Shown in pieces: positions 47,801 to 61,177 of a stretch of 64,000 nt of DNA; the first letter of the stretch is position 1, and the number at the start of each line of letters is the position of its first letter. The stretch lies in assembly GCF_964355755.1 (NCBI RefSeq), contig NC_092680.1, positions 14,207,045-14,271,044 of the forward strand, read 5' to 3'. This DNA is from Antedon mediterranea (lineage: Eukaryota; Animalia; Echinodermata). Below the pieces are notes generated by a model. It searched no databases and was not told the DNA's origin. It saw nothing but the letters and a program-made list of their open reading frames with translations. Both the position numbers and the translations under genes were made by a program.

Positions 47801-50800
47801 AATTAAATTTCAGTATATCACCGGGCGGTTTAGAATTTATTCTGTGCCTGTGATGTATATGATATATTTATATTATACTATAACAATCTATGTCAAATAT
47901 TCAAGTAATTCTGTAAACAATAAAATAATGCTAAAGAACTATTGAGTAAAAAATGTACAAACACACTCGTCAAAATCCATCGTTATACGCACAAAACTAT
48001 CAACTTTTAAACCCAGTTTTCTCGAAACATACTTATTAAGTGCCTTAACTTGATTTTTAATAACTTATACAATAACTAACCATGTGTTAGATATTAGGTG
48101 AATGATTTAAGTTATCATGGAACTGTATGAGATAAGATTGAATGGTTTTGTATGAATGAATTATTGGTGGATGGTATGCATTATGTATTTTTGGCTTTCC
48201 ATACTTTTCAGAACTACATACGTGGTGTACCGCAACCTTTATATCAGAAACTTTCAAATGATAATTTTTAGCATTTTTACTATATTACTATATTACAATT
48301 TTATTTTATTTAAAAGATAAGGAAATGGAAGAGCTTCATCCAGGCCTAGCAAGAGGACCTTGTGAAGAGATTCGTAGGTATCTGGAAGGGTTATCAAAGG
48401 AGGTTTTGAAGGGAGCTGGCTCATCTTTAATTGCTGCATTTGCTGATTCATATGAACATGCAAGGTTTGGTTATAAGGTAAGAAACAAATAGTAAGAATA
48501 CTACCTTTTCCATTAACAAAAAAATCAATTTCATTTCATTTTTAATAGTTTTTCATGTGCATCTATTATATGTGAAGTTCTGCACAGTATAAAAAGATGA
48601 CGATGATGATTACATACCTGCCAACATTTCAGAATTCAAAATCGGTAGTTACTTGATATGTAACTATAGATGACACTTTGCGGACGAAGCGACACAACCA
48701 ATCTTTGGCTGGGGACCGTCTAGTGTCTGGGTACAAGAGCCGAAGGCCCTGGAAAATTTTGTTTTTCAACGTTTCAACAGAGAGATTTGGGACCGTTTAA
48801 TTATGATCATTTCAGACATGCCTACTATTAAACAGCTTCTGTAAAGGCAGTGTGAACAAAAATTCTATCTAGAGTTCAAGGAATATTATAGTTATACTAA
48901 CTTTTTTTCCGGTGGTAAAAACACAGGTGACGTAACATTTTTGCGTGTTCTGTGGGAACAGCCGATTGTTTGATTGTAGTGTTTTGCATTCAATATGTGT
49001 ACTGTATAGCATAATATAGACGCACTCAACCAATTGGTAATTTAAAACATTTACTAACATGTATTAAATGCAATAATAACAAACAACGATGTGCAGGGAA
49101 GCGTAACCAACAGAAATAACATAGCGCGGCGAGCATTTTCAACTCGATTGAAAGTACTCTTTTTAAAATCAAAACGACACCAGTTTAATCATTGGTTGAT
49201 CTTTTTCATGCATCCATGTATAATTCATATATTATTTCATTTTATTACTACCATACGTTGAATAGGATAGTAAAATTATGTCAAAGGTAAGATTTTATTT
49301 TTATATTTTGACTATTATGCTGTTGTATGCATTTTATGTTGTTTTGATTTGGAACTGTAACAAACTTATTAATTATGTTTCCGAGTTGTTGTACTTAGTT
49401 TCTGTTATTTAACCAAGCTGTAAGTAGCTGATTTGTTTCTGCTGTTGTTTTTGCATCTCTGACATGCTAAGATTTCAAAAAGAGAATCCATTGGATTTGA
49501 TCAGTGAAAACATGTATGAAGAAGAACCAGCTGAAGTTGTCAAAACGTGCAGCTCGTAAAATCCGACATTATAATGTCAATGTAATGATGTCATTTTAAA
49601 AGTATGCGTATACAGATGGGGATTTGTTTGAATGTAAATAGACATTTCTGATGGAATGATAGGACATACAAGCTACTGTATAGATAATTTAAAACGTCTT
49701 TCATTTATTCTCAATATATCTCAGATGCATTACCGTACACATATTTCTAACAAATAATCAAATAATTTTCTATTAGATTTCAAACATTATTCTTTATAAA
49801 AAGTGTTGTTGTATTTCATTTCGTAGTTCTGTAAGTATACCACCATAGGCAGTGTTAAAAGGCGGATTAGCAATACAAAAATCGCTATAGTCAACTGAAA
49901 CAGATTTATGCTAATTAGTTCCACGTCTTTATAGTTGTTCACATTAATTATTCAAAATCATACAATCTATGACAATGACAATCTTGATAATGTCGTTAGG
50001 AGTGTAATAAAACATTTATTTAATATCATATAACCAAAAATCCTCCAATTAAATGAAAAGAATTTATGAAAATGCACTCGCTATATAATATTGTGTTTAT
50101 ATGTTTGATTTTTGTGTGCTACACAATGCTTTCAGCTTTTGCTGCTTTTTTTGTATTACTTTTTATACCACAATAAATAAATATCAAATCATCTACTCGG
50201 GTGTGTTATAATCGTTTTCTGATGGCTTTAGACTATATTACCAAGGTATATGTGAATCTTTTATGCTCCGTTAACTTGCCTTGAAATGAACATTCATTCA
50301 ATTGTACTGAGCTGAATTTTCGTGTTGATTGCTGTTTTAATTAATTTGTTGTATTGAGTGAATGAAAATAATAATATCTTTTACTTAAAACAAATTTATT
50401 TAGTAAGTTTTTTTTATAGTTTTTTTTAAATTTGTTCTTGTTAAGCCTTATGTAACTGTTTTACTGTAAGATGTATTATTGTTTTAAAATAGGAAATTGT
50501 ATTATCCACGACCAATTATTGTTTACTACTGTTGATTTTAATTTGTATACTTTGTTTTTGCAGCCATTTGGGGAAAAAGAATATAATGATTATGTTGCCA
50601 TGTTTAATGAAATGATTAAATGGTAAGTTTACTAATTATGAAGTGGGTGTCTAGAAAACAAAGATCGCATATGTTTTCTAGATCTGAGTTTTCTAGAGAC
50701 CCATTATAATGAAATAGTTCAAAATAGAGACAAAATGGTGATGATGATAAAGTCTCATTTTTTTTCCAGCATTAGAGACAAAACTTACAGAGCTAAGAAA

Positions 50801-52865
50801 ACAAAGGAAACAGTGAAGCGACATAGTGTTGGTAGTGCCCGCTCTATTGTCTCAGTTCCAGAAACAACTAAACATGTATGTACTTACTTATCTTTCGCAG
50901 ACTTACCATTTTTTAAATAAATGTTGAAAAGCGTGAATTACTTGCTTTTTCATCAATACAGTAAATTTAAATATGTTATAGCTCCTTATAATGAAAAGTG
51001 ATACTCATGATTAAATCGTTTTCTGGAAGCTGTTGAATTGTAGATAAAAATTCATGTACAAATTTTGCGCATCGGATGTTGTGATGTCATCATATGACCA
51101 GTTGAATTATAAGAGTCATATTTTCATATTTCGCGTTATAGTTCTTCACATTTAAAAGAGGGCGCATCTATATTCTACGTATCCAAATTTCTTCAACACG
51201 TTAATATCTTGTTGCTCAGACAATATTTATCCGAAATTGCTATCTTCATCTTTCATTTTGATGACGTCATCATGTTAAAAATTAGAATTAAAAGCGGGTC
51301 CGATATTTACAACTAAGATACACTGTATGTAGTATTTACACAACATTTAGTGTATACTGTAGGCCTATATACTTGGACACAAAATAGAGAGCACACTTAA
51401 AACAATGTGCTTGATATTCAGATCATAATAGCATATCAATCTTTTTTCTCTGCGTATTTTCTAAAACAGGCTTAACGTACGTGCATATTTGTGGTGCGGA
51501 TAACTAACTTGTCAAAGTGACGAGTTCAAGTCTAGTTTGTGATTTGTAATTTTAAAACATATTTTGATTGTCCCGGTTTTTTGATACGAGTAGTTTTAAA
51601 AAACCTACTTCTTTTCAAATTCACCCGTTTGTTTTTGGCATTACTATTCAGTTGTTAGTTGCTATTGTTAGTCATCTGAAACTATTATATTTAAAAGGCA
51701 GGTTACATAACCATTACACCAAATTCACATACACGTGGTTATAGTGAAATTAGTCTAATCACACACAGCATTAAGATACAAATTTAACCCTTTCTTTTAT
51801 TTTCCGGTGAAATCTTACGTACAGTAGGTTCTCGCAGTGTCGTTCTAGTTTGAGTATGTAAGGCATCAGTACCACCACACAGAACAAATTTGGCTGCTTC
51901 TCAATGTATAAGATTATTATTGTTAATTTGTATGTAATAATATGATATTTTTGAATACTTTTATTTTTTTATATAGTTTGAAGGCACTGTATCAATCATT
52001 GTTACAGTACTAAATTAATTTTAAAATTGTACTGTTTAAATAGCCATGGTTGTTGGATGTAGAATTGAAATAAAACAAATTAATTTTAATAAAATTACAT
52101 ATAAAAAGCCCTGTATAGAATATACAAAAATACTCTAATAAAACGAAAATAACAACCCAAAGACCACAGACTGGTGATACATAATGATCGCCTGTGCTTC
52201 CGACATCAAGCATCAAGGACACAGGCTTTTTTTCCATTCTATAGCAATCGGGTTACTCCGTGTCTGGGACCAGCTTCCCAGACCGTTGACAGCTGATGCT
52301 GCAGTCCTAGACTAGAAAGCCCATCAGCCTTCATTAGAAAAGTTCATATTCATTTTGATTTGCTGTAACTGTATTTTGTCTTTATGTCTTTTATGTGTAA
52401 ACTGACTTTGGGGTTGGGTCAACCGGCTCAAATAGACCAAATAAATAATGAAATGAAATAAAATAACAAAAACTCATGGAGTAAAAATCCTCAGTTTGCA
52501 TCAATTGAAAGATAACAGTATTCGATCCATTCCACTCATTCATTATTTGTATAATACCCTAATGAAGCATTACAGTGTATTTATGGTCATGATTTAGTAG
52601 AAAATAACTGCTTTTAATTTTTTTTTTTTCGCAGTCCCGGTTAAAAAAGCAATCTTCAATTACAGAGGAAGCGATAAGGTTTGAAGAATCGGTTCTCAAA
52701 CGAATCAGCTCGGAACACAGTAGCGACACGGACAAAAATCGTACAGGAGTCTCACAAACTTCTTTACATAAAAGTGAAGAACTTCAACCACTCATGGATG
52801 TGAAGTCAAAAAGAAAAGGTTCACACACTTCTTCTCAAGTAAACAATGAAGAATACAGTGTATAA
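41895..52865 (+). CDS. C1orf43: C1orf43 / NICE-3 family protein, 7 coding exons, about 303 aa
   Basis: Exons 41895-41969, 45940-46165, 46972-47025, 48317-48477, 50564-50622, 50770-50875 and 52635-52865, all GT-AG and in phase (912 nt). An N-terminal hydrophobic segment is followed by LLIFAKRQIMRFALKSSRGPH, IKHEPNLL, YIYRMMAVD and DSYEHARFGYKPFGEKEY, which match NICE-3 motifs (human FVKRQIMRFAMKSRRGPH, YLYRMKALD, YETARYG..FG..EY). The start could be the in-frame ATG at 41907. The last two exons are less conserved. Confidence 0.92.
42048..45147. mobile_element. 3.1-kb MULE-like non-autonomous element in C1orf43 intron 1 (8-bp TSD GTAGAGGC)
   Basis: GATCACTCCGGCCGCGCTTCA / TGAAGCGCGGCCGGAGTGATC inverted ends. 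TSD at 42040-42047 and 45148-45155. Contains a nested inverted-repeat element (about 42317-43229), CGGGAT repeats (about 43665-44150) and a LINE scrap (about 44395-44520). Confidence 0.75.
46720..46930 (+). repeat. 21-bp minisatellite (GATCAACTTTGCCAATGGCAC)
   Basis: About 10 copies just upstream of C1orf43 exon 3. Confidence 0.9.
47687..47752 (+). pseudogene. tRNA-like sequence (pseudo-tRNA / SINE head)
   Basis: A-box GTGGTGTAATGGTTAG, stem TCTGC/GCAGA with a 7-nt loop, B-box GGTTCAAGTC and a downstream T-run. The T-arm and acceptor 3' side are too short for a full cloverleaf. Confidence 0.5.
50955..51535 (+). mobile_element. Helentron-associated family A 3' fragment in C1orf43 intron 6
   Basis: Similar to 3230-3799. 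Ends GCGGATAACTAACTTGTCAAAGTGACGAGTT..CTAG. Confidence 0.75.
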
Positions 52866-53576
52866 TGATTCAAATATTACACAAATTTGTAGTCAATTGA
52901 ATAAGGACTTAGAGCAGTCGTGAACGGTTATGAACACTCACTAGCTAAACCAAGGGAGGCCCAAAAGAAAAAATATTAAACTTCTGCCACTGACTATAGT
53001 ACAACAAAAATCAACAATTGAATGGCATAGTATAAAACTGACTCTAAATAACGAGAGGCAAGCCATGATTCAATGATCTTTATTTGATCATCATCAGGAA
53101 TGGTTTCTTAGAACTGTGTGCCCATTATTTTTAATGTATTATAATACTGTAAAAGAAAAATAATAAAATTAACTAACAGTAACCCATGTTTTTCTGTCTT
53201 AATGTGGTTAAACTAATTGGCATGGAATGAGTAATTTGCATGGAATGAGTAAGTATACGAAAAGCGCACTCAAAACAATTTATCAAGAATCAAATTTGGA
53301 ACTATTCACGGCCATTGATTTTGTTATACACAAAGTATTCTTTCACTTTTAAATATCTGTAAGCTAAAAAAATGGAAGCATACTGTTTATGGAACTTTAT
53401 TGTGGTAAGAATTTGCAAAAATAGAAGATGCTAAACACAAATTGTGCTGTGTGAATATTAATCTAGGGTGCACATCAGAAAGTGACAACGTGCATGTACA
53501 TGTTAATCAGTCGGCAGTTTAAAACATTTCAAGGAAAAAATATGAATAAAACTACAGCTACTTACGGACACAATAA

Positions 53577-53652
53577 AAGTGCACAGAGTGGTGGTAGTCA
53601 AAGTGCACAGAGTTGTGGTAGTCAAAGTGCTCAGAGTGGTGGTAGTCAAAGT
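53577..53652 (+). repeat. 24-bp tandem repeat, 3 copies
   Basis: AAAGTGCACAGAGTGGTGGTAGTC. Confidence 0.8.
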
Positions 53653-55585
53653 TAGATAATGTGTGCGAAAGTATAAAATACCAAACTATATTTTTAGTGT
53701 ATTTTTTGTTGTGTATATTTTGTTTGTTAATTATGCTTAGAATAAATCGAATGAAAAACATGACCTAAATCATACAAATGACCTCATATTGCTCACACAT
53801 TTTCCGTAATATTTGGATTCGTTTTGTTGTGTGTGTTTATTTTTATTCATGTACATTTTCTTTTGTTTCAATGGTTTTTGATATACAGTATTGCAATTTT
53901 TTTGTGGGAGTTTTGTTATCTTTTTTGCTACTTTTTAATTATATTGTTTTTTTGCTTTAAGCGGTGATACTTACATTGGTACTACACATTTCGCGGATTC
54001 AAACTTAAATGCACTATGCATTTATATCAATGGCCACAGCATTTTACTCACTTAGCTACTGTAGCCATGATTTACGAAATTAATTTTCTTCAAAGGATAG
54101 GTGTAATTAAGTAAAGCTTCCAACAATGGCCGGCTGCCGAGACTAAACACTGTTTAAATTTGGGGACCCAGCATGGTATTTGTAGATCCGGCCATGGCGG
54201 TACACAACAGAGGAGGTTATATTTATGGCGTTATCTTTAAGGAGCAAATTTGCAACATCTTTGTAACGCTCTGCAAAGAAACAGAGGGATGAATTATATT
54301 CGAAGCAAGTACTGAATTAAAAAGATCAGAAAAGTGAAATAGACTTGCTGTGCCTACATGTATGGTGAAAGTATTTTGACGGCGCCAACTATTACATTTT
54401 TTATGTATGTACAGTACTTTGGATGGGAAACTGTGATCCAACTCCATATTTGGGATAGGGTTGAATTATTAAACCCCAGACTCATTACAGACTTAAGAAT
54501 CTCTTTTCTTGAAATATTATGAGATTGCAGTTATAAAAAGACTATCTATCTTATGACATCATAGGTATGTTATATGGTAATTTAAATATGCTAATTGGAA
54601 AGTTTAGTATCACATTTATATGTACTCGCAATGCACTTAGATGGTATAAAAACAACCATTAGGATACAGAGCTTCAAAATGGTAGACTGTTGTGAAATAT
54701 ATGCACTCTACAAAAAAAAGTCAGAGCTAATCATCTTTTTTAGAATCATTTTAATTATAGCAATGTAGTATTTAACATTCTATAAATTATTGGTAATATA
54801 TAATAATATTTAAATTTATATAAAAATAAGTTGATATATCCTATAATTTATCCCATATTTATAAATAAAGGAGCACTTAGAACAGACAAAAAATACTGTA
54901 TCGCCAAAGGGTCTGCCTTTTGCAATACAGTATCATAGTTTTTGTACAATTTCCAAGAAAAGTTTGATTAATATACTATTTTCAATTTTGAAGATATTGT
55001 GAAACCACGTCAGGTCAAGTTCAATATCAAATATCGAAACTTGCCAGACTATAGACGTTTGACAAGATGGCCTAAAATTGTTTGTATATTCAGGGATAGT
55101 TGCTGCATAATCTCTCGCTATTCCTCCTTATTTTCTTTATACTAATAGATACCATTATACATATACGTAATTAAATTATGTTAATACAACAGGCTAATGT
55201 ATTTAACACATTACCTGTTGCTATCAAAACATAATTGTAAAAGATAATCTGAGCAAAAACAAAAACCAGGTAACCTTTACTGTACATATTTTAATATTTC
55301 TATTCAAAAATGAAAAACAATTTTTTAGGTTGACTAAGTATTCGATAATAACTATAAATTCTCGCCCAATAATACACTCCTTGGCCTGGCTCACAATTTC
55401 ATGATGTGGCATTATCAATCTCAAGGTAGTTAAGCTGTGATTTTTTGGCTTAGTATTAAGTGTGATAAATCTGACCCCTGCTATTTTGGAAAAGTCTGGA
55501 AATGTTAAATGCATGGGCCTAAGAAAATGTTGGTTTTGGTTTTTTTTTAGCGCCTGGTTTAGAGAGAGTTTACTACCTATTTTAG

Positions 55586-56131
55586 AGATGTATTGTCCCT
55601 TGAAACACAAAAAATGAAGGTAAAAATATTCTAAATTTAATTTGGCCATATCAAAGTAATATTAAAATTATTCACTTTAAGTCGAAAATTCGGACCAAAA
55701 ACAACAAGTTTACGTAATTAACAGGTAAATTAATTTGATTACTTTTCGTCTGGAAAATCGTGGCGAGCAAAAGTAAACAAAGATTTCAAACGACGAGTAT
55801 GCATTATGCATGATGCTAATTAGGATTGTTTACAACTCGTCATGGTTGAAAAGGTGTTCTCACACAGATCGCAAGGAAGTTTTATGATTATGTATACAGA
55901 GTAGCCAAACAAGCGCGTTGCATTATGAGATATGTTTTGATTGAAAACTTTGACTGGAAGTCAAAGTTATTTTTTAAACAAAAAAACGTCTGTATTTTAG
56001 TTAAATTATTTTTTTTTCTACAAATTTTTGGTGAAAGTTAAAAACTATTATGATACTTCAAAATGACCCTCTTTTTTTCGAAATATTTTTTTTTTTATTT
56101 TTTGGAAATTAGTCAAAGGGACAATACATCT
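55586..56131. mobile_element. Kolobok-like MITE
   Basis: TTAG-AGATGTATTGTCCCTT ... AAGGGACAATACATCT-TTAA, the same termini as 8174-8498. Confidence 0.7.
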
Positions 56132-56282
56132 TTAAATAAAGTAAGATGTAATAATTATTGAGAGCTTTATACTAGTACAACAATAAAACAAAGATACATC
56201 AATTACATTTACAGTATTTACTTTTTTTTTCGAGTTGACAATTTGAAATTGAATCAATAACTTATTACTACTACATCACATG

Positions 56283-59200
56283 TCACATAGTTTCATCAAT
56301 TAAATCAGTGAGATCTGCAGTGCTTCGAGTTTCATCCTCATCCTCACTGATTGTTGCTTCTTCTGTTTCACGATAACTTTTGCTTAAGTTAAGGAATGTA
56401 TTCTTGAAAGATAGGCATATTTGTTAGGACGTAAGCTATTGGTCACATTGTTCACAATAAGAAACTCGGTACACTATTCTATAAAGAGTATGGAATTGTC
56501 TCGCGGTGTGCTGATCACATTATCCTCTGGGAGAATAGTCTCGTATTGAAGGTCACCCAATATAAAGAATAAATATCTATCTTTTAAAATTGAATTTTGC
56601 ATAAAAATCAAATGTAAAATGATCATTTTCTGGCAATAACAAATCTATACAATGTATTGTATAAACTGGTATGATTCTAAAGCCTAGTCTAAACTAGCAA
56701 ATTACCAAATTTGTATTTATTTAACAATCGGCGAATAGCCCAAGAGGAAACTATGGGCCAATGAACAGAAGTGCAACTGAAGAAGTTTGTTGTGCCTGCT
56801 TACACCAGTTACTGGAGGCTGTCATTTTGTCTGTCTGCAGGACTACATGAGTACAAATGAGTTTGTAATCTTTTCTTTCCAAACTTTAGAGTTTTCAAAC
56901 TAAACTCTGCTAGTGTAGAAGACCTTGATATCAAATGTGATACTGCAATAAACAGTCGACATAAAAGTAACAATATTCTTGAATATTAATTTCAATTAAA
57001 TTGAGCGAGTTAAATAAACAACAAAATTACAACAAATATATATTTTGTTGATTAAATTCAAAGGATACACATCAGTAGTTTGTTGTTCATACTCTCCCAT
57101 GGTGAGGTGCATTCTTTCAGCTAGCCTCTCTGCTGCTTGCTGAGCCTGCAGATCCTGAACAAGAAATTAATAATCAATAATGATAAATACAACAATATTA
57201 TTTCAGAGGAAAAATGAAAAAGAATATAAATGTTATAACGCCGTATTAGGGCGTTATAACGCCCTAATTATACAATCCGTTCACACGTACATGCACATGC
57301 GTAGTACATCAACAAACCCAGAGCCATAAAGAGTTGCGACTTTGAATGGATTGAATCAATTTGTTTAAAGGTTTTTGTTAAAATAATAATAACATTATTT
57401 TGATGATTTAAAAAAAAAAAAATAGCTTTAATCCATTTAATTTAACGGCTCTGGCTGTGCGCTCCATGCACGCTCTACGCGTGCACGTTTTTTTTGTACA
57501 GCAATTCTCTAAAGTAATGCATTGTTTTTACATTTTGTTGTTTAAAATCATCTTCGCAGTAAAACTTTATGATTGCATTATCTTAACAACCTTTAATTGA
57601 TTGTTTTGATTTTAAATTAGATACAGTATTTAAAACCTTGTGAATGGAACATTTTATACATTTTTTAAGCAAATGACTCGACTCCATACACTACATAGGC
57701 ATAGTTGGACACAAAGATGGCCAGTAATGTACCACGTGACTTTCTAAAATCTGTGAATGCGCCCTAATATGGTATTATAACGCCCTAATACGGTGTTATA
57801 ACACCGTATTATTATAAAATAATTATTTTCTTTGGCGGAAATTAGCCACCGTAAAAAAGAGGTTTGGAACATGAAATCTAAATTTATATTTCCACCTATA
57901 CAGTGTAACTTAACTACAGTGTACAGTAATAATAATACATTGAAACAGGTCATCAAATTACCATTAGATAAACTACAGTCATGTGCTGCATTTGGTCATA
58001 CACTATATACCAGAGCCACTTTATAATTTGTGAAAACTACTACACTTTCTTCCAAATACCTTGTATTCTTTACAGAACCCATTTGAGTGACACTGCTGTT
58101 TAGCAGAATGTGTCAGCCTACTACAGTATTTGGGATGTCGCATTTTATCAGTGTACAATATTCATATGACTAATGCAGCATTGCATCACAACTGACTGTT
58201 TCTTTACTTGGTGAAAGTCCAAGCAGAATGTATACCCATTCTTGCACCCAACAGTATAAACACATGTTGTATGCTACATTGCAGTATACAGAGCATTAAA
58301 ACAAAACACCAAAATACTGTACTGTACCTCATATTGTTCTTTTTGTTGTACAAGTAGCTTTTGTGACTCTTCCAGAGGAATTATCATAGTCTTTCCAAAT
58401 TTCCCCAAAGGTGACACAACATTTGAGTATTCCATAACTGTTTGTGATTTTGATTTGACATTCAAATTCCCTCTGGAAGACGCCACCCTTGTTCTTTCTA
58501 CATTTGCAGGAATCGATTTTGATCTTAAACTTTCAAATGGTTTAAATGAAAACTTTTGCACATCTTTTAATATTGATCCATCGCTAAGTCTGGTTTTGGG
58601 GTCTTTAGCAGTTCCACTTGATTCCAATTTCATTTTCTCTAATAAGTCGGCAGTTTCATCAACAGTTTCTCGTTGTTTTATCACATCTTGAAGTTTCTTT
58701 TTAAAGATCATTATTTTCTCTCCTTTATCAGGTAATCTGGCCACAAACCTTTAATTCAAATAGAAATTATTGATCACAAAGCAAAATACACCTCCACCTT
58801 GGTCCAATCAAATACAATTCAAGAATTTGGTTCTTATGTTACGAGAGTGGTATTGGTTATCAAGAGTAACAGGGCACTTAAATAGTAATTAATAATTTAG
58901 ACCAGTGTGCAAGAATGCATCCTAGGGGTGGCGACAGCTCCAAGGCCACATGATCTCTGCTTTGACAACTGACATGAAATTAATAATAAATGGAGGTACT
59001 GTATTAGAATATGATATTATACACACCTTAAAATGGTCAAATAGCTATTCAACCAAATCCACTATTATTATTATAATATATAATTTAGTGCAAATGTATC
59101 TCAAAAATAGTTAATGTGTCATCAATCAACCTTTACTTTCATTGTTTGTATTCATGGGTATGCAATGCCTCCAAAATGTATTTTCCCGAATCAAAAGCAT

Positions 59201-59568
59201 TGGCTTATTATAGACATGCATATTTTCCATCTTCCAAATCCTTTTCTGTGATAAATCCTAGTTCATGAGTTTTTTTGTTTTCATGAAATTACTTATTTTT
59301 GCCATGTTCATAATCACTCATGCAAATCGAACAGCTCAGTAGATACGGTCAAAATGAAAATTGTAGCTATTTGATAGTATAGTAGAAAATAATAAGACTA
59401 GCAGGAATATTTGTGTCACTAAATTCGCCTAGTGCGAAACAGGCTTTAGTATACCAACCGATATTACCTACTATTTTTCAATAGATTTTCTTGTCGTTTC
59501 AGTAAATATGCTAACTCCTCATTTTTCATCTTGTTTAAATCGCCAAATTCACCTTGTTTGAATTCCAT
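56283..59568 (-). CDS. POLR2M: RNA polymerase II subunit GRINL1A / Gdown1, 4 coding exons, about 233 aa
   Basis: Exons 59468-59568, 58328-58748, 57069-57154 and 56283-56376 (702 nt, in phase). N-terminus LLKRQENLLKNSRFVARLPDKGEKI has the LPDKG motif. C-terminus IPLEESQKLLVQQKEQYEDLQAQQAAERLAERMHL...YRE plus an acidic tail matches GRINL1A_C. The last intron is U12-type. Confidence 0.9.
56377..57068 (-). other. U12-type (minor spliceosome) GT-AG intron in POLR2M
   Basis: Minus-strand donor GTATCCTTTG starts at 57068. Branch site TTCCTTAAC (56388-56396) is followed by TTAAGCAAAAG/exon with no polypyrimidine tract. Splicing keeps the frame. Confidence 0.85.
57232..57802. mobile_element. MITE in POLR2M intron 2
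   Basis: GTTATAACGCCGTATTAGGGCGTTATAA versus TTATAACGCCCTAATACGGTGTTATAAC inverted ends. Confidence 0.6.
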
Positions 59569-60277
59569 TTTGATAAATTTCTGTAAGAAAATAAACTTCA
59601 CAATTTATTACCTCCTTGGTCCAACACATTCATCATCAATCATCAATCAATCAATTAGCATTGTAAACTCCTCATTACAGCTGTATGTGGACTAAAAAAA
59701 TTACAATGATATTAAATGATTAATAATTTAGCCTTATGAAGTACAGTATAGTTCATTATGCCTTAATAGTACGCTTCTATCAGGGAGTTTTACAACTCCC
59801 TGCTTCTATTAGCATTGATGGATAAAATAGATAGAATTTGTTTAATCATTTAAAAAATAATGGGCCCAACCATCTTTGGTCTTGGGCCTGGAAGTCAGGC
59901 GTCAATACTAATATATATGGTGTGGTTATAGTTCTGGCACCGAAACGGTACATTTCTATCTAACGAACGAACAGTACTTGCTTTTCTGCTTGATAAATTC
60001 TTGTTTAATTGACGTTTAAAATAAGATATTCTATGATAAATGACACAAGCTATATGTTTACCCCTCGTGTATAGGCAACGTACATATCGCAACACATCGT
60101 AGGGCTTGTGTGGTGGTAAAAACCAACGTACCACCAAAAATGGTATAGTCCATTTCATGGATGTCCATGATTGAATACACAGTACAGTATGTATTGCAAA
60201 ACATGTGCACGGTCAGTCTAATTACCAAAAACAACCAAAATATAACCGAAAACAACCATAAACAACTGAAAACAGAA

Positions 60278-60865
60278 CTACTGTAGACATGAACTCGTCA
60301 CTATGACGAGTTAGTTATCCACACGACAAACGCTAAATGCACGTCATACATGCACACAGAAAAAGATTATGCCATTATGACCTGAACTGAAGAATATGAT
60401 GTGTTGTTAGTGCTGAATTCTGTCTATTTTGTGTCAGTATACACAGTATAATCTGTATACATTACATACAGTGTAGAATATGTGAAATTACGGGACCCGC
60501 TATTTATTCAATTTTTTAACATGGTGACGGTATCAAAATGAATCACAAAGATTTTGGGAGGCAATTATCTCAGCAACAACATATTAACGTGTAGAAATTT
60601 GAATACGTGAAATATAGATGCGCTGTCTTTTAAATGTGATGAACTATGACGTAAAAGGTGAAATTTTTTTTATTCAACTGGCCATATGATGACGTCACAA
60701 CATCCGATTGACGAAATATTCGGCTGTAAGCGTGATGCGCTCTATTGAATGTGATAAGCAATAACGAAAGAGACAACAATCCTATATTTTATATTCGAGT
60801 GGCCATACTATGACGTCATTACATCCGAATGGTAAAAATTCTGCATGAATTCATATCTACAATTT
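60278..60865 (-). mobile_element. Helentron-associated family A 3' fragment
   Basis: Reverse complement of the family A 3' region, including hairpin AACTCGTCActaTGACGAGTT and sub-TIR TTAGTTATCC. Confidence 0.75.
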
Positions 60866-61044
60866 ATCTTCTTGCATAACAAATTTGGGGTCACCTTTAA
60901 TCCTGAAGAGAATGGGATTGACTTTCCGTCCTTAATAATTAAATGTTCATTGTAATACTAATAATAGTAATCTAAATGTTTATTAATAAAAATTGTTGTA
61001 CATAGTTTGTTGCATATAAAATAAAAGACACAGACGTAGCTTAC

Positions 61045-61177
61045 GGTCCCTATAAAATTTCACATTTAATGTACCTATACAGTACTGTTAAATGACATAT
61101 GCTGAATAATATTATTATCTTAAACTATGTTTACAAATTGTCATTTTTGAAGGCACACATCTATCTATCTCCTAAAC
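61045..61177 (-). other. Possible non-coding 5' UTR exon of POLR2M
   Basis: Strong acceptor (ttttattttacag) and donor (gtaagc) on the minus strand. The POLR2M ATG exon is itself preceded by an acceptor (tttcttacag at about 59581), so an upstream exon is expected. Confidence 0.35.

Noticed and set aside
55224-55649. 141-aa ORF between C1orf43 and POLR2M
   Set aside because: It starts within a Kolobok-like MITE, has no recognisable motif and has no splice support.
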